A stretch of DNA of 64,000 bases from Felis catus (Eukaryota). Both the position numbers and the translations under genes were made by a program. The notes beneath the pieces were generated by a model. That model did no database searches. It was not told the origin of the DNA and saw only the letters and a list, made by a program, of their open reading frames with translations. The DNA lies in contig NC_058368.1 in the NCBI RefSeq assembly GCF_018350175.1, positions 170,688,001 through 170,752,000 of the forward strand, given 5' to 3'. Below, in pieces: positions 40,140 through 50,902 of this stretch (within the stretch, counting starts at the first letter, position 1; every line of letters begins with the position of its first letter).

Positions 40140-40579
40140 AACTCTAGTTCCTTTTGATGATCAGGGTTATCTGTGATATTACAGTAATTCATTTATTTGC
40201 CTATTGGGCCTCAGGCACGAGGGGTCTAAAGTTTTGTAGAAACTTTATTACATCTTCTCGTGGAAGCAGTATCTCCTTGGGAACCCATTAATCTACACTG
40301 GCATAGTCTAAAGTTGTGGGGACAGAAAGTACAAATTCCACAAATGGATCAGTGGGAGTGTTGGTAAAAAGGGCCAATTCTACCTTTATCCCTAGATTCT
40401 CAGACCTGTGAATTCCAGACCTGTACTGTATCATGTATATACACCATTAGTTCAATACACAAACCTTGTTTTGGAAAATAGACTGCACCCTCCTCAAACC
40501 CCATAGAATTTTCCCTGAGCTGATACCTAAGTTAATCCCATAACTGGCCATTTCATTAAGCTATTATGTCATCTGTTTC

Positions 40580-40763
40580 TTTTATTAAAAAATCTTTTGA
40601 ATATAGTTGACATGCATTGTTACATTAGTTTCAGGTGTACAGCATAGTGATTCAACATCTCTATATGTTATGCTATGCTCACCACAAATGTAGATACCAT
40701 CTGTCACTATACAATGTTGTTACAATATTACAATATCACTTCTTGTATTCTCTATGCTGTACC
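40580..40763 (-). mobile_element. L1 3'-end fragment inside ERV-L
   Basis: 'tatagttgacatgcattgttacattagtttcaggtgtacagcatagtgattcaaca'. Confidence 0.85.
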
Positions 40764-40835
40764 ATAGGCCACTTGCTTCTAATCTTAGAAGACTGGTGTT
40801 TCCCATGATTGTGCAAACATTTTTGCACCTTCTTG

Positions 40836-41250
40836 CCATAAAATGGTCCCTAGCCAGAAATCAGAACCTGAGGCAAAATTCTTACGAGCTATCACTTAAT
40901 TGGGGAATTGAATCCTAGGCATGAGGAATGAGGGACAAGAGAAATGAACTAGAAAATGAAGGAGAGCCAGTGTGTTATTGTGCTGGCATGCCCAAATGTA
41001 ACTGATTGCTCAATTCCATGAGATTGTACTTGGAGAATCCTTCTCAGGGCTATCCATCATAGGCAAAGATGGGCACAGAATGAAGGGGAAAAATTTGTGC
41101 ACTGGCTCTTGAAGTGGTCACAGACGGGCATTAGGGAGTATCAGCTTCTTCACACTTGTGGGTTGCACATGTGTAGTGCTAGGTGGGGTTCAGTGGTGGT
41201 ATCAGCAGAAAAACTGCATGGTATGAGGTGGGAGACATGCTGTGCAGGAA
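40836..41250 (-). mobile_element. LTR33-like ERV-L LTR (5' LTR of provirus)
   Basis: 'cagaacctgaggcaa', 'gaggaatgagggacaagagaaatgaa', 'cacacttgtgggttgcacatgtg'; homologous to 39075-39500, same orientation. Confidence 0.8.
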
Positions 41251-41739
41251 GGATAATCATTAGAGTCTAAAATTGCATTTCTGTCAGAGACTTATATAAA
41301 AGAATATCTAAAACTTCAGGAACCACATATGCAAATTTGGATTCTATCATGAAACTTGGGCTTATGGTCCAAATGTCATTTAAATTAAGAAAATGCCACA
41401 TGGCTTCTTATTCTAAGGATAGAATTCTAAGAATCTTAGAATCCATGTTCCCCTGGTTTGTATGTACATGAGATTGAAGGTTAAAAGTGAAAAAAGCTCA
41501 AAACTTTTAAAGAATTGCTTATCTTTACATTAAATTATCTAATATAAAAATGCATTGGATTTGGTGATTGAATATAGGAGCTATGTTCATTATGTGGTCA
41601 AAAAGTAACTAGAGTTTGAAAATCAGTGGTTATCCTCACTGATTATTTTCTTCTTTATGCTTTTATGTGTCCTTTGAATATTCAGTAAGAATCATACTAC
41701 ATTTCCTACCAGAAAAAAATACAACAGAATAATATGTTT

Positions 41740-41959
41740 AAAAAAAATTTTTTTTTAACGTTTATTTATTTTTGAGACAGAGAGAGACAGAGCATGAACG
41801 GGGGAGGGGCAGAGAGAGAGGGAGACACAGAATCGGAAGCAGGCTCCAGGCTCTGAGCCATCAGCCCAGAGCCCGATGCGGGGCTCGAACTCATGGACCG
41901 TGAGATCGTGACCTGAGCTGAAGTCGGAGGCTTAACCGACTGAGCCACCCAGGCGCCCC
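41740..41959 (-). mobile_element. CAN-SINE (SINEC_Fc-type, young)
   Basis: Perfect TSD cagaataatatgttt at 41725 and 41960. Confidence 0.98.
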
Positions 41960-43177
41960 CAGAATAATATGTTTTAAATGAAGTAATGGTAAAAAGGCTA
42001 AGAAATAACTGTTGATTTTTTTCCATGTAAAATTACAATTTCTTTCGTGATATCTATAGACACACTGCAGATAGCACTTTTCTCTACAGTTAACCAGAGC
42101 AAGTGGAAACTTCTACTCAATCAAATGTCTTCCCATCTCCTTGTTGCCTTGCAGTATCTGAAGTCCCTATTAAGATTTTAGCAAATCTATATTTTTAAAC
42201 CTGACCTTAAAATATCTTAAAATAGATCTTTTGCTGTTTTCCTGAGTTTTTCCTTACCTACCTTTGAAGTGCTACTTTTCAATTGCTTGAGATTGGAGTA
42301 TTTTTTTGAACATGCTGTTTTATAAGGAATCATATTCAAACATTACACAAAACACGTGTAATAATAACTTGCAGGTGCTGAAGAAAATACAAAAACCACA
42401 GTGGGTATGCATTTATATTTCTAACATCCTGCACTAAAATCTGTGGTTGATGTGAGAATAAAGAAACATGCACATTTGCGGTGAATTTTCTCTCCATCTA
42501 ACCATAAATGCATAACCTAGGTTGTGTTGAGTGGGTGCAGGCAGTTGGTCTTAATAGCACCAGGGACAGTGGCTTCTCATAATTACCCCTGTCATGTCAC
42601 CCTCAAAGGTTACAGTGTGCTGAAACTGGTTGACTTACAGTAACCTTCTGTATCCTTATCATATTTGAATTTATCTAAATCCTTTAAAATTTCTGTTTTC
42701 ATACTGTACAATATCAGCTACAGATTATTAAAGAACTAAAATGCTGCTGTCTAAGGTATGTGCATATGGTGTGTATAAGTGAAGATGTGGGGCAAGTGCT
42801 CTCATCATTTTAATGGTACAAATAAGATGGTAACTTCAGAAAAGTGTGTATTTTTTGTCTCCTTAATAGGATAGTATGAAAATTCTGTGTCCTTCTTTAG
42901 CCTTTTGATAATCATGAATTTGAATCATCAAAATATATTTGAAGTATCTCTTATAATATTTTTGTGGAATTTAATGCCTAAATGCAGCAACATACCTAGC
43001 TTAAAATTTGGCCATTAATAACCTAAAGGCTTCCTGTATTTGAAATAATTTTAGATTTAGAAGAGCTGACAGAGCAAGAGTTTGATTTTTGTTAAAGTCA
43101 ATACAACTGATATTCAGAGAAATATAACTACTGATTTCTCTTTGAAAGACTGTCAAAGAGACATCATTGCCACCGTG

Positions 43178-43235
43178 TTTAGTCCTTTTTGCTAAAAGTT
43201 TAGTCCTTTTTGCTAAAAGTTAGTCCTTTTTGCTA
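43178..43235. repeat. ~21-bp minisatellite, ~2.8 copies (tttagtcctttttgctaaaag)
   Basis: Directly visible. Confidence 0.92.
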
Positions 43236-43430
43236 TGGAGAAGTAGCATGTGCCACACACTGTTCTGGATCCTGGGCTGCTCAGAAGTCTATGATGTCTT
43301 TGATGATCAACATGATACTTTTGGTTTGTGTTGAGTGGGCTTCCCTGGGAAAATATTTATTTAAGTTTTTAGACTTTTTAAGTTAAATACTATACTTACG
43401 GAAGGTTACATTAAGTTAGATGTCCTTCCG

Positions 43431-43647
43431 TTTTTTTTTTTTTTAATGTTTTTTATTTTATTTCTGAGAGAGACAGAGACAGAGCACAGGGGAGGGCAGA
43501 GAGAGAGGAAGACACAGAATCAGAAGCAGCCTCCAGACATTGAGCGTGTCTGCACAGAGCTCCAGGAGGGGCTTGAACCCATGAACCATGAGATCATGAC
43601 CTGAGCCAAAGTTGGATGCTTAACCAACTGAGCCACCCAGGTGCCCC
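43431..43647 (-). mobile_element. CAN-SINE
   Basis: Full-length antisense copy. Confidence 0.95.
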
Positions 43648-45609
43648 TGTTTTTTTGTTTTTGTTTTTTTAATGATTTACTTTCTTGAAAATGACAGAAA
43701 GTTTGTTCTTTGATTGTATTTATACATTTGTTCACTCACCTATTCATTCACTCATGTATTAAAACAAATACATACAGGGCACTCACAGTTGTTTTGATGC
43801 CATGAATGAAATAGAAATGGTAGCCCTTTACACTCTAGAGGGAAAGTTAAGAACTACATAGATGGCTCACAGGCTTTTAAAACTACAAATCTGTGATGTT
43901 AAAGATGTAATTGATAATCAGTAAATTTGGGGAAAAAATCCTAATTCCATCACATTTAGTTTGGCATAATACCTTCTAGTTATTTTATATATACATGCAT
44001 AATTTTAAGTAGCTGTATTATAGTGTAGGCATTTTTTTATATTCTTTTTTACTTAACATTAATGTGAGATATTAAATTCAAGGAACAGCTTCAAAGGTTC
44101 AGGATGCCACATGTAGTCTCCCTCTTGTATTTTCACACTACGGTTTTCAGAGTCATAATTGAGATATCCATCATTCAGGTTCAAAATCAAGATGGTGCTA
44201 TTTCATGAATACTAGCACTAAGCTACAGAAACACAAAAAGCGATGCACATTGTTCTGTATTTTTTTTTTTTTTGCAAATTTGTTAGTTTGTAGTGTTTTG
44301 GAGAGAAGCCAGCAGGGCTAAGGAATATGCATCTGCGTGAAATTGAATATGTCCCATGGCAGAGTCCCTTGGTGCTTGAGTTTCCTGTCCCCAAACTAAA
44401 GGTTTTCCCTCCTTTTTTTTTTTTTTTCAAAGCAGGTTGCATTTTTCATGAGCAAAATGACTTTTAAAAAGTAAAGCTATAATTATTATAAGTATGAAAT
44501 TGCTACAGATGCTGTTAAGCTATGTTCAGTGCATGAAACTGTTATATTTTTCACTTTGAATACAAAGTGATAAATAGCTGATTGTAATACAGCTCTGATA
44601 TCTATACAGGGAAGTAATTCTTCAAATAAAACATTAAGAGGCAAATTTCACGTTAGAAATTTGTGGCTTTGAAAGTCTGCACAGATTTAAATTTCAAATT
44701 AAAAACATATTGCCAGCTGCTGTGGTTTAGTAGGGCTCATTTGCAGTTATTCTCACTTTTAAATTTAACTCTTTTATGATAATTCTCTCAAATTGGCTTT
44801 TCCCCTATATCTTCCTTTAAGACTTTAAAATAGAAAAGGAAACCAGAATATCTGCAGATGAGTGGAACTGTGTGAAAGGGAGACAGTTACAGTAGGGAGG
44901 TCCAACAATAAACATCTTTAAAAGTCTAACTATTTTCCAGGCCCCTCCATATTCAACAGATTTCTCATTTAGATGCACCACCCATGCTCACTTCCCAATC
45001 TGAAATTGTCAGCATACTGCTACTATAAAAGCTGAAAGTGAAGCATATGGACTTGATTTAAGTTCAGTAACTCTAGACCTAAAATGATCACTTAAAATTT
45101 TAACTTCAGCCTCTGGTGAAACTGTAATTAATGGTGGCGTGTAAGATGAGATCATCCCAGGTCTGTGTCAGTAAAAGTTCTCCCCATAATAAGGCAAATG
45201 CATTTTAGAGAAGTACTTACTAAAGCTATCATGGAATTATGGAACACATAGGAAAGAACACTGTCTTCATTTGCCCTTTAATTCCAAAGTCTGTCTTGGA
45301 GATTATTTTCTGGGAGAAATCTACAGTATTCTAAAATATTCAGATGCTGGGCTTCTCTTTCTTCTCCCAACTGTTGTCTGGTTGTTAAGGGGACAGGTGG
45401 AGCAAGGACAACTCAAACTGACAGGTTGTTTTCTGGTTTTGGTAATAATGGTTTTAAAAAATAAGATTGAAGCATACAACTATAATTAAGAGCTTTCGAT
45501 TATCTGTGACTTCTAATTTTGTTATCAGTCTTCATTTAATGTGTAGTTAGCTGACCATAGTGGACTTCCTTCACATAGGAATTGTTTACTGTATTTTTGT
45601 GTTGTATAT

Positions 45610-46192
45610 ATTGTGAAAAGATTTCCCCCATCTAGTTAATAAACACATTCATCACCTCCTATACTTACCTTCTTTTCTTTTTTAGTGAGAACATTTAAGT
45701 TCTACTTTCTTAGCAAATTTCAGTTATATAATACAGTGCTATCAACTGTAGTCACCATGTTATACATTAGCTCCTCAACATTACTCATCTTACAGCTAAA
45801 GTTTGTACCCTTCTACCAGCCTTTCCTTGTTCTACCCCCCACCCCAGCCCCTGGAAACCACTTTTCTACTCTCTGTTTCTATGAGTTTGACTTTTTATTA
45901 GTATCTTTTTAAATTAAAGATTCTACATATAGGGGCACCTGGGTGGCTCAGTCGGTTAAGCGTCCAACTTCGGCTCAGGTCATGATCTCACAGTTCATGG
46001 GTTAGAGCCCTGCATTGGGCTCTGTGCTGACATCTCAGAGCCTGGAGCCTGCTTTGGATTCTGTGTCTCCCTCTCTCCCCCTCCCTGCTTGTGCTCTCTC
46101 TCTGTCTCTCAAAAATGAATAAATGTTAGGAAAAAAATTTATAAGTGATACCATGCACTATTTGTCTTTTTTAGTCTGACTTATTTCACTTT
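45610..46192 (-). mobile_element. L1 3' end (L1MA/carnivore-type) split by a SINE
   Basis: 'agtgagaacatttaagttctactttcttagcaaatttcagttatataatacagtg'; 'gattctacatat' resumes as 'ataagtgataccatgcactatttgtc' after the SINE. Confidence 0.88.
45932..46138 (+). mobile_element. CAN-SINE
   Basis: GGGGCACCTGGGTGGCTCAGTCGGTTAAGCGTCC head, CT tract, A tail. Confidence 0.97.
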
Positions 46193-47339
46193 TAATGATT
46201 TCACTAATTAATGATATAATAACAACAGATAATGGTATGGCCTCAAAACTGTTTTTATTTGCAAAGATAAAACTCACAAATTTCTTATATTAATAATTAA
46301 CCTGCTAAAAACAAAAACAAGTCACAGCGCACACACCTCCCTCTAGAAAATTAGCAGCTTCTTCAGCACCTTCTCAACGTCCCATCTCCACTGTGGGTTT
46401 GGCAGATATCAATATGTGTTCATTGGCTGTGTTGGAGAAAGAAGCATCTGGCAGCTCAATATAAGCTTCATTTACAAGAAGTTAAGCTTCCCTTCAGGAA
46501 ATGTGAGGGAATGATTAAAGTCTCGTGAAGACAGTTCTGTTAAAACTGCCACCCTTACAGTCCATCCCTCAGGAAAATAGGAAAGTTTCCCTCAGAAAAT
46601 CATTTAAAAAGGGACACATAATGAACTCTAATCTCTACTGTCAGTTTTTTCTTTTTCATCTATTTAAGTTTGCATTTGCGTTCTGGGTCTATTTTATCAA
46701 ATAAGTATCTTCTACTAAAAATTTGTCAAATATGCATATAAATAAGACAACTCTATAAATTAGCATAGATGAATAACCGATGGCTCGAAAGAAGTTGGAC
46801 TGGGGTGAAAAGATCCAAGAAATGAATGAGTGGGAGTTTAAACACCACCAGAACAAAACGTTCAGGATATTGGCTTTGTTGTGATGCTGATGAAGACTTG
46901 GGAAATTCGTCTGGGTGATGGGCCCATTGCTTGCAGGGCTACATATTTCTGATTCAGTACCAGTAATTCTGGTTCTGTGCATAATACTGAGTAGATTATC
47001 AGTCACTCAGTTCTGAATCAATACATTTTAGACACAGATATGGCATAAATTGAGAAAATGGTTATATGCAGTGAAATTGGTATTGATTAGAACCTTTATG
47101 AGGTTCTACAAAAGAAAATCCTAATGAGTCCTTCTCATAATTACTTGGGATTGGCCAAAAGCCTGCATTTGGTTGCTTTGTCTGGTGGGGTTTCCAGGTT
47201 GCTCTTAAGCTTCTTTAAGGTCAAAAGATCCAGATAATTTTATGATACATGAGGATTTTGACTTCTTGGAAATTTGCTCAGCCAGAATCTTACTGTAAAA
47301 ATGAGTTATTCCTAACAGTACTTTAAAAACTAAAGTTAA

Positions 47340-47535
47340 GGAGTACCTGGGTGGTTCAGTCAGTTGAGTGTCTGACTCTTGATTTCAGCTCAGGTCATGA
47401 TCCCAGGGTCATGAGATCAAGCCCCATTTCAGGCTCTGTGCTGACTGTGGAGCCTGCGTAAGATTCTCTCTCTTTCTCCCTCCCCCTCCCCTATTCACAT
47501 GTGCTCACTCACGCTGTCTCTAAAATAAAAATAAA
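47340..47535 (+). mobile_element. CAN-SINE (older subfamily)
   Basis: 'acctgggtggttcagtcagttgagtgtctgactcttgatttcagctcagg', A tail. Confidence 0.95.
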
Positions 47536-47811
47536 TATGTTTAAGAAAACCTTTGGAATCAAACTGAAAACAATAAAACATTCTCTTCTTTTTCCAAAAG
47601 TATTTAACACCTTTATGGACACCATGCAATTAATTTTCAGTTCTTGATTATGTAGGCAACTTGGTAATACATTCATCATTTCTAAAATCTCTCCTGGGGC
47701 AATGCAGTATTCCAAAGTCAAGCTAAAATGTGGAAAAATAGTTCAATGTACTCTGTCACATCCATTTGAAGTAGATTTTAATTTATATCCAGTTGATACA
47801 TGAGTCGTTCT

Positions 47812-48036
47812 CAGTGCCCTGTCAAGCCATATTGGAGCCTGAGGCAAAAGGAAACTTAGCTCTACTGATTCTGTTTTTATTAAAAATTCTAATATTTTGT
47901 TCAGCATGGATTTTTTTTTGCATTGACTTTAAGTATTGCATGAAAATATTATTAATCTTTATTACAGGTTTTGTTGTCACTTTCAATTTTGCACCCAAAG
48001 TGAATGCTCACTCTCTTCACCATAGTCTTGGTCCTG
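47812..48036 (-). mobile_element. hAT-family MITE (MER96B-like; subfamily uncertain)
   Basis: CAG...CTG termini; 'agccatattggagcctgaggcaaaagg' and 'aattttgcacccaaag...cttcaccatagtcttggtcctg'. Confidence 0.6.
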
Positions 48037-48237
48037 GTGGTTCTGATAAATAGATCTAAGAAGTAGATCTCAGTTTTCCACTTGCATCAACACAAACGTC
48101 TGAATGTTGTAGTTGCCAGACATCATGCCACAGGTGCTCGTTCCTCTTGGTTTAGAGCAGTCATCTTCATTGACATGTATACATTGCTGATTGAATTTCG
48201 TGCCTTCATCTCTACTTCTGTTAGCTCCATTAAGAAA

Positions 48238-48400
48238 TACTATATTTCATCAATAATTAGACACACAGGCTTTACATATTTTGACATCTGTGACATTGGG
48301 ATATATTTTATAATAAAGGGCATCTTAAAATTGGCAGATTTTTTTTTCTTCCTAGTGTGTCTTACAACTGGTAGTACCTCTAAATTGATGAAGTACGGTG
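48238..48400. mobile_element. Tigger-type MITE
   Basis: Imperfect TIRs tactatatttcatcaat / attgatgaagtacggt, same TIR type as the 31465 element. Confidence 0.7.
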
Positions 48401-49331
48401 CTCTCTAAAGCACCTACGGTGGTAATACTAGTTTTATTTTAAGCTTCTCTACACAGAGAAGTAGGAAGGCAACTTAATAGCATTCTAAGCCTCTCTATAC
48501 TAGGACTTTTTACAATTGGGAAATGGAATATATTTCAGTAGGCTTTTTTAAATTCGTATTGGCCATTTATAATTATATTATAATTTGCAATAAGACCAAT
48601 ACGCTTTTCACTGAAATATAATTAATGCACAATGCGCTTAATTTAGATTAGTTTGAATGGTCTCTTTTGCAGAGTTCTAAGAATAACTGAAGTCAGCTAT
48701 GATCATACTGTATCCAGTGAGAGAATCACATTGCCTCTCTTCTTCCATCTGTCTCGTTACGCTCACAGGTCCCAGTTGTGCATATGGGGCATTGCCTGTG
48801 GAAGCAGAGTGGGGTGGGGCTCAGACAGGGCTTCTAAGGCTGTGCTGGATGGAAGCAGAGTTCACCTGAGGTACCTGACTTAGTGTAAGCTTATTTAAAA
48901 AGTGTAAATTATTGGTAAGATCAAGCCAAGACTGTAACTAAGAAAATGCTGCCAAGAGAGAGATCTAAACCGTAAGGCAAAGATAAAATGGGAGGATGAA
49001 GCCCAGAATGGGCAGACAGAAAGATCTGGAGCTAAGTGAAATCAATGTGAGGAATGGATGGCAGAGCGCAGCCCAGAGTGAGGTGGAGATGAGATTGTGC
49101 CAGAGCACCCTTTATACCGTGCCATCCTCCTGTGCTTCAGAAAGGTGGTGGCTGAAGGGGCCTTAGCAACTCACTTCCTAAAATACCATAGTTGGCACTT
49201 GGTCTCTACTCTTTCACCTTCCATTTTGTCCTCATCTCTCTGCAACCTTTTTTTTTTCTTTACCTGTACCACTCCAAGAAAACCATTCTCACCAAAATCA
49301 GTAGCAACTTTCTAAATGCTGGCCCAGTCAA

Positions 49332-49503
49332 GGGTGTCTGGGTGGCTCAGTCGGTTAAGCATCCGACTTTGGCCCAGGTCATGATCTCATTCATGGTTTG
49401 TGAGTTTGAGCCCCACGTAGGGCTCTGTGCTGACAGCTTAGAGCCTGGAGCCTGCTTTGGATTCTGTGTCTCCCTCTCTGTCTGCCCTTCTTCCCTGCTT
49501 GAG

Positions 49504-49555
<52 letters not shown>

Positions 49556-49582
49556 AATAAGTAAACATTTAAAAAAAGTAAA
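49332..49582 (+). mobile_element. CAN-SINE
   Basis: Long (CT)n; TSD taaatgctggccca at 49313 and 49583. Confidence 0.97.
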
Positions 49583-50490
49583 TAAATGCTGGCCCAATAA
49601 GCAAATTTTAGTCCATGACATTTTGTATTGTTAATCCCTCCCTCCTGTCAGTGACCAGATTTACTATCAAATGTGTGTGGAAATGTACTGTTGTTGTTTG
49701 GGAAGAGGAGAGAGCTGTCAATTGTGTGGAGGGCCTGTACTGAGCTTGCTTTCATCCCGGTACTAGTTCAGGTCCATTACACGGGCGGTTCCATGCTTTG
49801 TGGGTGTCATTCATTTCAAGCGACTCCTGTATTTCTGTTGCCTGGCAGTATTTTCACATAAGAGAAAGAAAGCTCCAGGCTTGGGTAACAGTTTCAAAGA
49901 GGGGAAGGTGAGAGGACACTGAAGAAAAGTAATGTATCATGAAGAGGAGAAAATGGATGTGGCCTGACTGGACAAAAAGTACACTGAGAGGACATTTGGG
50001 AAAATACATTGCCAGCTTGAAGACTTTGAATAGGGCTCTCTTCTGCTTTCAGGGGTTACTATTTTTCTCTTAGATGTCTCATGCGTTTCTTGGAAGAGGA
50101 GAGATTTCAGTAATTATAAGAAACTTAAGTATGGGCTTTGCTTTATATAAGAAATAACAATTTAGGAATGGGAAATGCCTATTTATCTTTACAATGCAAG
50201 GCAGTCCAGAATCATATGCTAAGATAAACTGTAGAAATGACTTATTTATTTATTTAATATGCAGTCACTGAGTGCCTGATGAAGGCCAGCCACTAACTGT
50301 ATTAGGCCCAAAGGGGTTTGTGCTGGGGACTGGGAGGGCAGAGGGTAAGCAAATGCATGGGGAGAAGGGGAAAGACTGAGACTGGAGTGTTTGTGGGAGG
50401 CGGTGAGGAGGGGTTGGGACTTGGAGGAGTGACTTTGGGGTGGGTGTAGCTTGAAAAGGCGAGAGGAGATGTCCCTCTAATGTCCTAGAC

Positions 50491-50902
50491 CTGTGGTATC
50501 CAATACGTAGCAGCCACTCCATGTGTGGCTGCTGAACAGGGGAAATGTGGTTGGTCCAACTGGAGATGCGCTGTTAAGTATAAAATACATACTTAGTAGA
50601 TTTTACATACATACACACATACATACATAGTAGATTTTAAAGATCTACTACAAGGACAAAAATGTAAACCACCTCAATAATTTTATATTGGTTACATATT
50701 GAAATGACAATATTTTGGATATAGTCACTTTATATTGGACATATTTTGGATATGTTTTGCATCTATTGATTTCATTACATGTATTATTACCAATAACTTC
50801 ACCTGCTCCTTTTTACTTTTTAAAATGTGCCTACTAGGAGTTTTAAATTACATATGTAGTCAGCATTTGCTAGCTAGCATTTTGCTTCTATTGGACAGTG
50901 AG
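50491..50902 (-). mobile_element. MER33 (hAT-Charlie) with small internal expansions
   Basis: 'tccaatacgtagcagccactccatgtgtggct', 'ttttaaaatgtgcctactaggagttttaaattacatatgt', terminal 'ctattggacagtg'. Confidence 0.85.

Larger units (their letters stand above)
39501..40835 (-). mobile_element. ERV-L internal remnant (pol 3' end + dUTPase), interrupted by a SINE and an L1 3' fragment
   Basis: Minus-strand translation IHRSENLGIKVELALFTNTPTDPFVEFVLSVPTTLDYASVD*WVPKEILLPRED...ITVISQI/NPDHQKELEFLLHSGGEEEY parallels the ERV-L integrase-end/dUTPase sequence. Confidence 0.85.
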
